Of a stretch of DNA of 64,000 nucleotides, positions 37,615-50,330 are shown piece by piece. The notes under the pieces are model-generated. The model searched no databases and was not told the DNA's origin. It worked only from the letters and a program-made list of their open reading frames with translations. Numbering within the stretch: position 1 is the first letter of the stretch; each line of letters starts with the position of its first letter. The position numbers were made by a program, and so were the translations under genes. Source of the DNA: Callorhinchus milii (lineage: Eukaryota); assembly GCF_018977255.1 (NCBI RefSeq), contig NW_024704743.1, positions 89,344,001 through 89,408,000 of the forward strand. Direction: 5' to 3'.

Positions 37615-38820
37615 TACAACAACAATAAGGCTCTTGGGTCGGGGGACATGGAGCAGGCCAGAGCCGGCTGAGCGGAGGGAATGGGTGGGTTGGTAGGGGG
37701 TTAGGAGATCGCAGAGGTAGGGTGGGGCGAGGCCATGGAGGGCTTTGTATGTGAGGACCAGGATCTTGAACTGGATCCTCTGAAGGATAGGGAGCCAATC
37801 GAGTTGGGCGAGAGTGGGGAGATAGGGTCACGGAATTTGGTGCGGGAGAGGACACACGCTGCAGAGTTCTGGATTATCTGCAGCCTGTGGAGGGAGGAGT
37901 TGGGAAGGCCGACAAACAGAGCATTTCCATAGTCGAGTCTGGAGGTGATGAAGGCATGAACAAGAGTCTCAGCGGCTTGAGGGGTGAGGTAGTGGTGGAG
38001 TCGGCGAAGTTATGGAGGTGAAGGAAGGCAGAACGGGTCATGGCTTGAATGTGGCGGAGAAAAGACAGTTGAGGGTCGAACAAGACCCCTAGGTTCTTGA
38101 CTGGCTTGGTGAGTTGTAGTGTGCAACCATGGAGGTTGATGTTGCCAGAGCCTGAGGTGCAGAGGCGCTGGCGTGAGCCAATCAGGAGGGCCTCAATCTT
38201 GTTCACATTCAACTGTAGGAAATTTGCCCTCATCCAGGACTTGATGACAGTCTGTCAGGACAGCAGTGGTCCTGGAGTTGAGGGTGCAGGCAGAAAGATA
38301 GAGTTGGGTGTCATCCACATACGTGTGGAAGTTGACCCCATGTTTCAGATGGTGTCACCAAGGGGGAGCATGTAGATATTAAAGAGGAGAGGGCCAAGGA
38401 CAGAGCCCTGGGGGACGCCAGATGTGACAGTGCGGGGACTGGAGCAGAAACCGTTAGAGGCAACAAAGTGGAGACGGTGAGAGAGATAGGAATTGAACCA
38501 GGCAAGGGCAGATCCGTGAAGATTGAGTAAAGCGGAGAGGCAGTGTATGAGGATGGAGTGGTTGACAGTGTCGAAGGCAGCAGAAAGGTCGAGGAGGACA
38601 AGGAGGCAGAGGGAGCCCTGATCACAGATGTTCAGAATATCATTAGTGACTTTGACCAGGGCTGTTTCCGTGCTGTTCAAAGAGGGAATGGCGAGAGAGA
38701 AAGGAGTGGAGCTGGGACGCGACGACTCGTTCCAGGACCTTGGAGGGGAATGGGAGGTTAGAGATGGGGCGGTAGCTGGAGAGGAGGGATGGATCCAGGG
38801 AAGTTTTTTTCAGGATGGGG
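37615..38820 (-). mobile_element. L2 LINE fragment including the reverse transcriptase core
   Basis: STETALVKVTNDIL...LLDLSAAFDTV...GVPQGSVLGPLLFNIYM, then YVDD and [17 protein letters not shown]; contains stops and frameshifts. Confidence 0.95.
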
Positions 38821-41220
38821 GTTTAGTGTTCAGGCTTAGTGTTGCAAAGGGCAATGCTTTTTATCCAAAGGGTAAATAGCAACTGGATAAGTTACCAGGA
38901 AGCGTACCAGAGATCAAGACATTGGACTCTTTTAAAAATACAACTTGATGCTTTGTTAGGAACATGGTAGGATGAGTATTCGAGAAGGATAGATCAGGTG
39001 GGCTGAGGGCCTTCTTCAACTGAACCTCTCTTGTGATCTTGTGAACAGACTGATGTTATATCACATCACATAACAGGAAAATATTACAGATAAGCCTGTG
39101 GTCATACAGTTCCTGGCTTAATTTAGAATGACACAAAAAAGAATGAGAAATACAAGGAGAGAGTAGAAAGCAAATGGAGGTAGATAATCGAGGCTTGGAC
39201 TGTTAAATGCTAAATATGCTAAATGCTAAAAATGTCAACAACGTTTAAAGAGTTTTAAATGACATTTTAAAAAGGAGGAAAACAGCAATAGGAGACCTTT
39301 TTAATAAACTAATGGATTTGTTTTAATGTAAAAGATGTAACAAATCCCCACTTCATATGATTAGATATTAATCTTGCTTTGGTCTGAAAGATAATAATGC
39401 ATAGAAGTGAGTGATCCTGTCTCAAGATCTTCCTTTTTGACACTGACTTTGTTCATCCTCCCACCCCCATCCCCCTAGCCCTCCACCCCGCTTGCTTCCA
39501 AACCCCAGTTTGGGTGCAAACTCTTAACTGTCCAGTGCCTTGGGACAACCTACCAACATGAAAAGCACTTTATAAATGCAATTTGTTGTTGTTTTTGTTG
39601 TTGATTAAAAGGCTGCAACCTTATTAAATGGTTTAAATGATTTCATGAAGTCAGAGGAGTCAATTTAGGGAAATCATACGTATACAGAAAAGGGGAGTAG
39701 AAATACAATTTAAAGATCTGCCAATGATCTCATAAACTGGTGACATAGACTTGATGCACTGAGAGTCCTTTCTTGGGACAAATAAAGGAAGTTGACTCTC
39801 TTGAGTGCCTTGCAAACCTTTGGCACAGTGATAGTCCAAAGAAAGGATGGAGGTGAACAGTAGTTCCAGTTCTCAACAGACATAACACCAAGTCAGCTTT
39901 TTCACACCCAGTGACCTTGGACCACAGGTGGAATAGGACAAACAAGAATTACAACACAAACATAAATGTTTGTCATCCCCTTTAACCAATTCAGAGTTGT
40001 GAAATTCACCTCAACAAAATATCAAATAAAATCAGGTGGTCACTATGAGTTTGTTGTAGTGAGTCCAACTTTGACTCGTTGTAGTGAGTCCAACTTTGTG
40101 CCGCTTTGACCTCACAAACCAAGGCTTGCCTTGGCAGTCTCCACTCTATTAATAGAGGTAGATTCTGCCAATAAAATATTATAATTGGCTTTGGCTGTTA
40201 AGAACGGGAAGGCTTTAATTATTGATGTCCCATGCATCCATGGTGTGGGTGACCTGCTGTCAGTGAACATTATCATAAAATCCTGAATAGCGCTCCAAGC
40301 ATTATTTCTTTTTGTTGCTTACATAAAAAACAATAATCTCTATCTGAATACACCCATGAACAGCACCTTTATTGCACAGTGCTAGCTAATCTTTTAATAT
40401 CTCAAGGAAGAAAGAGAATTGGACTGTTTTCAAGCTGTGTGTGCCGCTCACTGTAACAAGACCGTAGGGAGCATCTCTGTTGTTACTCAAGAGATTGAGT
40501 AACCACAGCAGTCCTGCAACTGTGTGTGGAACTGAACACCTATTTATCCTAAAAATAGAAATGCCAAACCGTCTATATGCAACCTCATTATAAAAAAGTT
40601 GTGCAATTTTATCTATGGAGCTCTGTATTCAAATTAAAGATAGTCTACAACATTTATCATCATAAAAGCAGCAAGTCTGAGCACAGGAAGAGAGCAGCAA
40701 TGATCAAACAGAGGTGACTTTACCCCTGCCACACACTTCCACCCCATTTCACTGGCTCCCCTCTGCTAAGTTTGTTTTCATTTCAATGCATATGACACCA
40801 AACCCGGCCTCATCTGACATTCGCATATTCATATTTTCCAGCAAGAGATACCGTGCATTGATATGAATCCTTTTATACCCAGCATTCACAACACAATTGA
40901 CACCAAACCTCAACAACTGTAAAGGCATCCATCCCATAAATTTTGTCCTTCTGACCTGGATCACATTACTCCAGGGTCCTAGCTTTCTTTCAATTAGAAT
41001 GGTTGAATTGTCTTTACTTTTTCCCATTTTTTGCATGTTCTTGCATCCTAAAAGGCTGTCTGCATAAATAAAGAAAGACTGTTATGGTTTTATGTGTGTG
41101 TATGTATAGAGAAAGATTGTTGTTTTATATAGAGCGAGATGTAGGGATTTATCTGTGTATGGTTGTATGAGTGTGTATATATGTGCGTGTATATAGAGAG
41201 AAAGACATTATGGCTTTATA

Positions 41221-41525
41221 TGTGTGTGTATGTATGTATGTAGAGGTAGAGAGATAGCTCGTGTTTATTCCACTTTAAGGTGGCTGATGCTTATATTGAT
41301 ACTGCTTTGATTTCCAGAATTCATCGTCCACAAAACTTGACAATCATGGCTCAAATTGAAATGCATAACTCACTTTTACATTCAGAATTCAATGCTATTT
41401 CTAATTGCGCAGTTACAAATGTGCAAAAAATAGCAAATATTTCAGATCAATAAATTGGTTACCTGGGGCACACAGAGCAGAATCAACATTGTAATATTTT
41501 TTGATTGAGATTGGATTTTGGCACA
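41221..41525 (+). repeat. 305-bp segment, copy 1 of a local direct duplication
   Basis: Ungapped match to 45002-45306 with 6 substitutions counted by eye. Confidence 0.95.
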
Positions 41526-42375
41526 TTTACCATCAACTTAAGTTATTACAGGATGGATTGTGGAAAATAGCGGCAAATTGCTGCAGTAAAATAATTATGT
41601 CCATTTGTGTTGAAGTCTATTTGACAGCAAACATAAAAATAAAAGCCTTCTGAAAGTAGAAAGGAAAAGAATTAAGAAAAAGATAGCACTGTTGGCAATA
41701 TAATAGGTTCCAGCAAATATAAAAGCAAGATAATCAGACACTAGTAGCTTAGTGCACATACAGCAAGTGATTTTCAATGCAATAGTGATTATATAAGTCA
41801 CTGTATCTATAAACTGCACCACTTATGAATGATTTGTTAGCTCTTTTTATATTTTACAAGAGAGAGTGAAAACTAAATGTACTTGCCTGTGAAATTGTTT
41901 ACAGCATTATCGTGGCAGGTGGGCCATTTGTGAATAGCACAAAGGATTAGTCATAAAGAGAGCATGCTTTAAAATACTCCAACAAGAGAGAGAGAGCATG
42001 CCTCAAAAGGTAGCTAAAGTGCATATGACAACATTAAGACTCACTAAATGTTGGTAGTGCACCAACAATTTCACACAAACAAATTTTAGCCAAAAGAAAA
42101 GGAAGGCAGAAAAGGGAAAATGTGTTGATTTGAGAGAGCAATAAATCATAGCAAAAATGGTGCCAAAAAGATCTGCAGCACAAAAATCTCAGCGGAGAGG
42201 GGTAACACTAGATTATTAGTCCTCTCCAGCTTCGATCGTTCTATCCATTGGGGTATGAATTGTAGGTTTTATAGCATATTTGTACTCCTTATTCTGCCTT
42301 AAATAACTGCAGACTTACATAGCTTTGCCAAACATGTTTTCTCGAGGATCGTTCAGCCCAAGGGGCATCTGACTA

Positions 42376-42702
42376 TAATAATAATAATAATAATAATCCT
42401 TGCATTTGATATAGCGCTTTTCACGTCGGGAGGACGTCCCAAAGCGCTTCACAGAACACACTGTAAAGTGAATTGACTGTATATTTGTGGGCGAACGCGG
42501 CAGCCAATTGCGCACAGCAATGTCCCACAAACAGTCGTAGATTGAAAATGACCAATTTTATTATTGTTTTTTGTTTTTTTGGAGGGATTATTATTAGGCG
42601 TGTGGAGTAAGGAAACTTGCCCAAGGTTTCGCCCTGCCTGGAATTGAACTCAGGTCTCTCGCTTGCAAAGCGAGTGCTCTAACCACTGAGCTACAGGACT
42701 CC
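42376..42702 (-). mobile_element. Full-length young tRNA-derived SINE, short form
   Basis: Reverse complement nearly identical to 54065-54382: A/B boxes, 3' Deu-like block, L2-type stem-loop, (TTA)n. Confidence 0.95.
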
Positions 42703-44445
42703 ACTTACTTTCTTAACTATCTTACTTTCACAGTAAATATTTTTAAAATCAAAACACAAGCGATTTCAAGTGGCTTTCCCTAATGAGGAAATCCAAGTGG
42801 GATCTCTTCCCATCATCCGAAAGTAAAAATAATCCTTGCAGTTGATATAGCACCTATAACATCAAAACATCACATTACTGTTACATAATAATAATACTTG
42901 CATTTGATATAATGCCTTATCATGTCTTCAATTTGTCTCAAAGCACTTCACAGGATATATTGTAAAATGAATTGACTGTATGTTTTTGTGGCTACTGTAT
43001 ATCTGGAGGCAAATACGGCAAATAATTTGTACACAAGGTACCCCAAACCAGCCATGAAGTGAATGATCATTTTATCTGGAGGATTGTTGGCCAGGACATG
43101 ACTGGAAATTCTCTTCCCATACGCATCGCACCAATTCAGCACTCCAGCAGTAGATCACAGGAAAGAGGGGAGTTCCCACAAGCTAAAAGGACTTAGTTCA
43201 GGACTCCTTAGGTAAGGAATCTTGTTTAAAATTGCCATGTTTTAGCCCCATTAAAAAACCCTTTCAGCCACCATAAAAGAGTGAACTTGCTTAGGTACTA
43301 AACCAGAACTCAGGTCAACTAACTGAGCAAAGAAAGAGTTCACTAAAAGTGAGGAAAAATGACATCCAAACACTGAAATAGTGGATGTGACTTAAAAGCA
43401 GTAACAATTAAAGGAATTCAACAATAAATATTTGAAGGGGAGAATTCTCAGCTGTTTGCAAAAAAACATATTTTTGTCCAGATTCAGCGACTCAGGAAAT
43501 TCTGGACCCACTGACATAATTGACCCAGCACATTATCTCAATCTCAGAATCTCATTACACATGAGGCCTGGGCCAATTTCCCCCAGTGTCCAGCCTTGCC
43601 TTTCTTCCTCTCCACCCCCTGGACTCCATGTTTGCAGTTCCATTATATACATATATATCAAACCTAAGTGGTAATAATCACCTTGTTAGGTTTGTTGCTA
43701 CAGCTCTGCCAGATTACCGACTACCTTGTCCTTTCACACGCATACTCCAACTTAATAATGTTGGTGCTCAATAGTTTTTAATTTTTCTATTTTATTTTCC
43801 TTACAACCTTAAATATAAACAATGCAGGGAATGTGATGGCCTTCCAATGGATATCATGAAGATCAGGAGGGTTGTGCCTTCTCAACATACCTCACTGTTA
43901 GCCTTGCAGCTTCTGCCTATGTTCTGATCTTCTCTGACAATCTTGGCATTCACCCCCTTTGCACCATTCTATTTACACAGATAAGGGATTTCCAGCTGTG
44001 ATTCGGTACTTTTTGGCATGCTCCCTGTTCTCTGATAAAGTCATTCCAGTTGCTCGACAGTGTGGTGGAGAAAAATCTCAGCAATTATTTTCTGCTGCAT
44101 TGGGTCTTTTGTTGAACTACAAGAGCAGGGCACTTAAACAGGTTAAAAGGATCACGCTGTAAAGACTCATTCTTTACAAGGCTGCAGCCGCCACTGTCCA
44201 GAACATTTCATTCCACGCTCAGAGTGATTAAGTACGTTTCTAATAAAAATATCGATTGGGAGCAGGTGCCGCATTGCAATATTAATGTAGGTGAAAGGCA
44301 GCAGTTACTTCTGCACAGACTTTAATCAACTTGCACATAATTTATCTCAGATTTTCTTTTACATGGACAGTTTTTGGACGTGTTTGTGATTAACATTTAA
44401 TGAGGCTTTTTTTGCTGTTTAGTGATCCAGGTGTTGAGGTGTTTT

Positions 44446-44900
44446 AATAATAATAATCCTTGCATTTGATATAGTGCCTGATCAGGTTGTTGAGACGTCA
44501 CAAAGTGCTTCACAGAATATACTGCAAAGTGGATTGACTGTGTATTTTGTGGATGAAATTTGGCAGCCAACTGCGTACAGAAGTGCTCCACAAACAGTTG
44601 TGGATTAAGTTACCAAATTTTTTTTTGGAGATATTATTACCCCCAGAAAGCAATCTACCAATCAACTAACAATTTACTTACTGCTAGGTAAACAGAGGTA
44701 TATGGGGTAAAGAAATTTGCCTAAGGTTTCGCCCACCCAGGAATCAAACACGGGCGGGCGAAACCTTAGGCAAACGCCTAAAAATCAGCGCCTTGGGAGG
44801 TCCTCCCGACGTGAAAGGCACTATAAATGTAATTTTGTTGTTGTTGTTGTTGAATCCGGGTCCTCTTGCTTGGGAGTCAAGCAAACTAAGTACTAAGTAC
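44446..44900 (-). mobile_element. tRNA-derived SINE, long form; head interrupted by a + strand L2 tail (~44786-44852)
   Basis: Contains the cctctgtttacctagcagtaagta block; the head resumes after the (TTG)n run at ~44853. Confidence 0.85.
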
Positions 44901-45001
44901 TGGGAAGGACTGGGAAGGAATTTAGTCCCAGGTTATCTGAAAGTTTATATCAAATATCAAATTCCAGTGGCTTGGTTGAATTCAATAAGTGGTAAATAAG
45001 T

Positions 45002-45306
45002 TGTGTGTGTATGTATGTATGTAGAGGTAGAGAGATAGCTCATGTTTATTCCACTTTAAGGTGGCTGATGTTTATATTGATGCTGCTTTGATTTCCAGAA
45101 TTCATCGTCCACAAAACTTGACAATCATGGCTCAAATTGAAATGCATAACTCACTTTTACATTCAGAATTCAATGCTATTTCTAATTGCGCAGTTACAAA
45201 TGTGCAAAAAATAGCAAATATTTCAGATCAATAAATTGGTTACCTGGGGCGCACAGAGCAGAATCAACCTTGCAATATTTTTTGATTGAGATTGGATTTT
45301 GGCACA
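45002..45306 (+). repeat. 305-bp segment, copy 2
   Basis: Matches 41221-41525; bracketed by the inverted repeat 44905-44936 / 45311-45342. Confidence 0.95.
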
Positions 45307-45959
45307 CTTAATAATCTGGGATTAAATTCCTTCCCAGTCCTTTTTTACACTTATATTTGTTGGTGAATTTTTATAGTCAGGTTAAAGGGCAATTGATGTT
45401 AGGGAAAGGATTGCAATTTTACGAGGTTGAGAAACAAGTGGTCTCTGGTCAACTCTGAGATAGCTGGACAACCAGCAGGAAGCTTGCCAGGCAGCGCTCT
45501 CAATGGCAAGTTATGGGTATTAGCTGATGAAACTCCAGCAATGTCCCCAATGCACACTCTGGGATCTCCAAGCCTTGGCTCTTACCGACCTATATGTAAC
45601 AGTCTCCTGAGTCAGATAAGCAGAGTGAGTTCCTTCAGGGAGAGATTACGCATTCCATTCCAGGCACAGGGAAATTTCCATATATACATACGTGGAACTC
45701 TTCAGTCTGGTTTGGATACTCTTAAATACTGTGATGTGTCCGACCAAAAAAAGTATGTAGACTAAACTGCTTAGTTCAGCAAATTTAGCCAATTTGTTCT
45801 TAGGTGCTGCTGACTAGATGTAATGTAATTTTGAAACTATAGTTTTGTTTATGTTTTTAATGTCACTTATGTTTCTAATTAAAAGCAGAATAACAGAAAA
45901 GCACTTAGTTTTACCCCCAATTAAAGTTAGTTAATGAAATATCCTCAGAGCTGACATGG

Positions 45960-46460
45960 TAACAACAATTACAACAACTGCAAAATTACATGTGTACAGC
46001 ACCTTTCATATCGGGACGACATCCCAAGGCGCTGCACAATCAGTGGAGTTGAGCGAGGATGGGGTTGATGGGGTTACGGAGCCTGGTGCAGGAGAGGACA
46101 CGGGCTGCAGAGTTCTGGATGATCTGCAACCTACGGAGGGAAGAGTTGGGGAGGCCAACAAGCAGGGAGTTTACGTAATCGAGCTGGATGTTATGAATGC
46201 GTTTATGAGGGTTTTGGTGGCCTGCTGTATGAGATAGTGCTGGAGCCGGGCGATATTTGGGAGGTGGGGGAAGGCAGAGTGGGTCATGGTGTGCATGTGG
46301 GGCAGAAAGGACAGTTGAAGGTCAAACAAGACGCCAAGGTTCTGGACCTACTCGGTGAGGTGGAATGTGCATCTCTGGATGATGATTCAGTGCCTGAGGT
46401 GTGGAGGGGCTGATGGGAGCCAATCAGGAGAGCCTTGGTTTTGTGGATGTTCAACTGTTA
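45960..46460 (-). mobile_element. L2 fragment with internal deletion
   Basis: Tail and stem-loop (45960-46035) joined directly to upstream ORF2 sequence (gctgcagagttctggatgatctgc...gagccaatcagg). Confidence 0.85.
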
Positions 46461-46933
46461 ACCTATTCCACTTCCTAATTCCTTCATGCCCTCACTGGCA
46501 TTTTAAAGTTTTCACAGTTATTGGCACTTGGTGCATAATGTTTACATTAAATGGATTCAATCAAGTAAAGTATCTGCATTAACTTACACAATAGTATGTC
46601 AATCACTTATTAAGCATGTGTTATTTGGTACATGAATTTAACTCGACATGCATACTTGTTAATGTAATGGGATTATAATGTTTCAATTAATGCTTTTGCT
46701 TTAATGCATGTAAGGTTACATTTTCAAACTTGCTTTCAATCATTTGGGTTGGACCGACTTGCGGAAGTGTATAACCCAGCAATCGGAGCATCTGTCTTGT
46801 CTCCAGTGACAATTAAGGGGACTTTATGCTTTGGACTATGAACTGAGAGCATCTAATAACTTTACTGAGCAAAAATGCAATCACTTCATATACAGGAATC
46901 ATATTTCAAAGTCATTTAACTTTCAATGAATAA

Positions 46934-47140
46934 CTGGGACTGCATGGGACAGAGGTTCAAAATATTGGCCTTTCAGTTCTAGGACCAGATTTGAATGCAG
47001 CACCGACTGATGAGATGGAAACCTTTTCTCTTTGACAAATGTATATGTGAAATTAACTAGGATAGTCCCAAGCCAGTTGCTATCAGGTCCTTGTCGTCAG
47101 CATAAGACTACCATAATTTGGTACTAACATGCATAGTACT
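46934..47140 (+). mobile_element. LF-SINE-like relic (5' half)
   Basis: Ordered blocks gcctttcagttctagg / tttgaatgcagc / tatgtgaaat / ccagttgcta / accataatttggtactaa resemble the recalled LF-SINE consensus. Confidence 0.55.
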
Positions 47141-48999
47141 AACATCACCCAGTGGGTGATTTGGAGCTGGCAGCTTACACTTGTATTACCTGCTCTGAAT
47201 CGTTGTCAGCCTACAGTGAGTGCAAGGAAAGATGAATTCTATAATTATATATTTATGCACAGAGCTCCACTAACTAACCTCAAATCCAAGATTCATTTTA
47301 AGGATATTTATAAGTCGAACATATTACATACAATAATATTAAACCTAATAAATCTCCTGGGAACTTTTAAACTCAAATTTAAAAGTTGTCTTTGAATTGT
47401 TAGCCCAGAAATACACTGAAGGACCTATAAAGTGATGTGATCTAATTTCAAGATGTTCTCATTGCTTTTCGTAAGCAGGTTCGGATGGAGGAGAACTATC
47501 AGCCAAGCTTGGCATTCCTGGTTACAATGTAGCCACTGCATGGTGGAGCTGCAGTGACTGGGGATTGGCAAGGATTGGGGAGGTGTAAGACATGTGTAAC
47601 AACAACAACAATAACAACAAATTGCATTTACACAGCGCCCTTCCCGCAAGGTAGTGACCTGGATTCAATGTGAAAGTACATCAAATCTGTTATGAAATGT
47701 CGTGCATTTCCATCCATTCCAAAAAGCTTGCCGTCTCATCCCATGTGTGAAGGATACAGATGAAGAAATTCTCATATCCCCAGAGTCCAGAATTGGTGAA
47801 GGACAGATGAAAAGCTGCTGAATGATGGGTACCATCCTGCTTGACCCACTGAGAGTTGAGCAGGAAGTGTTGGAGCCAATGAAGTAGAAAGTGACAAGAG
47901 TGCTCAGTAACTTAAAAAGGTAACAAGGTCCCAGTGAATTCAAATAGCAACTTATTCAAATAGGAGAGTCAGCGGGTGATTATTTGGCTACACTATTTGG
48001 CTCTAAGTATAGACGGGAAAACCCATAGGAAGAAACATACTTGTGTTCTCATCTTGCAGAGGAAAGGCAACGGGCAGACAAGCAAGCAATATCACAGCCC
48101 TTGACACAATTTCTACAGGATCATGAGCAAATTGAAGATGAACAGATAAGAGCTATCACCAGCCAAACAGCAGAGGAATAGTAGCAAAATATTTAGCAAG
48201 GCAAGATTGCTTTTAAGGTCATAGTCATGTGGCTGATATAAAGCTGGAGCACAGTATTTCTTGCATTATATTTTGTATTGTATATCTTACAGCACTCCAT
48301 AAGGCATGAAAAGTGTGCTGTAAAGTGTTCCATTGTTTTCAGATCTATGAAATCATGGTATTGTCCATTCAAAAGAGACCATAAGCTCAGGCTCAGGAAA
48401 TTTATGCAATGAGTAAATGAGCTATCCAGCGCCTTGGGACGTCCTCCCGAAGTGAAAGGCGCTATACAAATGTAATTTTGTTGTTGTTGTTATTCAGATC
48501 AAAAGGGTTTGATTTATTTATCTGTGCAGAATTAATTGATCTCTGATTGAGTCACACTGAGAGCAGCGTCCAGTAATTAGCCTCAGATCTCACTCCTGAT
48601 GGTAACTCCCTGCTTAAGCAGCGTACGTCTGGATAGGTTTTGGTTGCAATGGTTATGGTTAAATAATTCCTGACATGCACTGTCAGGTCTAATACATAAA
48701 TAATGAGCCAAGGGACCAAAGGGCACCAAGCATCCATGGAATCATACTCAAGAGAAAGAAAAAAGAAGTTTAAATGCCTTGAGCAGAGCAATGGAAGGAA
48801 GAAGCTTGGCAAGCAAATGATACGACATCTGTGCAAATGATGCAGTGATGTCTGGCAATGTCTGTACTGTGCACCTGGAACACTATCTGGTGTAAGCTGC
48901 TGTGTATGATATTAACCTGCATTCTATGAAAACTGTTGGTGTAGATGGATAAAGAATGAAAAGATAAGCATGGCTCAAATGGTAACATGCTGAAGTCTG

Positions 49000-49320
49000 A
49001 GTTTGAGGGTTGTTGTGGGTTCAACTACCACTCTCACAATCTGGACTGATACACCAAAGGTGCCGTTCTTCAGGTGAAAAGTTAATCCGAAGTCTTGTCT
49101 GCATATTCAGGTGGATGTTAAAGATCCCATGGCACTATTCATAAAGAGTTTCTCCCAGCATCCAGGCCAGAAATCGCCCAGATAAAGTTGCTCTTTCACT
49201 TCATGGCTGATTGATGGACAGCAAATTGACTGTTGCCATTGCCTACGAATACATAGTCACTGAGCTTAAGCCATTGTGATGTTATTTTAAAGCAGTATAT
49301 TAAATGTAAAAATTATTCAT
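49000..49320 (+). mobile_element. Deu-domain SINE
   Basis: ggtgccgttcttcagg...caggtggatgttaaagatcccatggcactattc. Confidence 0.8.
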
Positions 49321-49384
49321 ATAAGTTCACTCGACTTGTTGAAGATTCGGGAGAAATAGCACATTTTATGTGAGAAAAGTAAAA

Positions 49385-49720
49385 GGAAACAAAAAGATAG
49401 AAAGAAGGTTTGACAGAGACAGAGGGAGAGAGGGGGGGAAAAGACAGAGAGACAGGAAAAGAGTGGGGGAAAGGAGGAAAACAGAAACAAGAGAGATGAA
49501 AATCAAGAGGAAGAGAAACATTGTTTCTCCCTTCTTCCATCTCTCTCTGTTCCTTTCTCTCTACTTCTCTCTTTCTCTCGGTTTATCTCTCTGACTCTCA
49601 TTCTTTCTGTGTCTGTGTGTGTGTGTCTCTCTCTCTCTCCTTGCGTCACTCTTTTTCTGACTCTCTGTGTGTCTCTCTCAGTCTCTCTGCCTCTCTTTCT
49701 CTGCCTCCCTCTCTCTATCC
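49385..49720. repeat. Purine-rich (GA) tract followed by pyrimidine-rich (CT/GT) tract
   Basis: Strand polarity flips at ~49521 (gagaaaca t tgtttctc). Confidence 0.9.
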
Positions 49721-49953
49721 ATTGTGTTTCACTGTTTTTGGTACAAAAAATGTAGTTTTTTGAGTTTTTGTGTAAAAAGGACACAAGTATAGGGCATTTA
49801 TCATTATAAGAGAGAGAGAAAATTATTTGGTTCCATTCTAGGTCTACTTTAAGGTTGTGGAGAGTTGCTGCTTTGATTTCATATTGTTGTTTAATTTTGT
49901 ATCAGTGGATTAGATAGAAGTGTTGTCTTCACTGTGATAAACATGTGGACTAT

Positions 49954-50330
49954 GGAGTCTGTAGCTTAGTGGTTAGAGCACTCGCCTCATAAGCGAGAGG
50001 ACCCGGGTTCGATTCCCGGGCAAGGCAAAACGTTGGGCAAATTTCCTTACTCCACACACCTCTGTTTACCTAGCAGTAAGTAGGAACCCGGTTGTTAGTC
50101 AATCGGTGGTCACTTTTCTGGGGATAATAATACCTTCCAAAAAAATAGTAATAATAACTTAGTCAGTCAATGCATGACGGTTTGTGGAATATTGCTATGT
50201 GCAATTGGCTGCCTCGTTTCACCCACATCATATACAGTCAATTCACTTTACAGTATATTCTGTGAAGTGCTTTGAGAAGTCACGAAGACGTGATAAGGTT
50301 CTATACCAAATGCAAGGATTATTATTATTA
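49954..50330 (+). mobile_element. Full-length tRNA-derived SINE, long form
   Basis: A box tagcttagtgg, T-arm ccggg-ttcgatt-cccgg, CORE-like ttgggcaa...cctctgtttacc, Deu-like 3' block, (TTA)n. Confidence 0.9.

Noticed and set aside
37615..38820. Active LINE or domesticated RT gene (also 60424-61540 and 29776-31000)
   Set aside because: 5'-truncated, with stops and frameshifts and no endonuclease domain.
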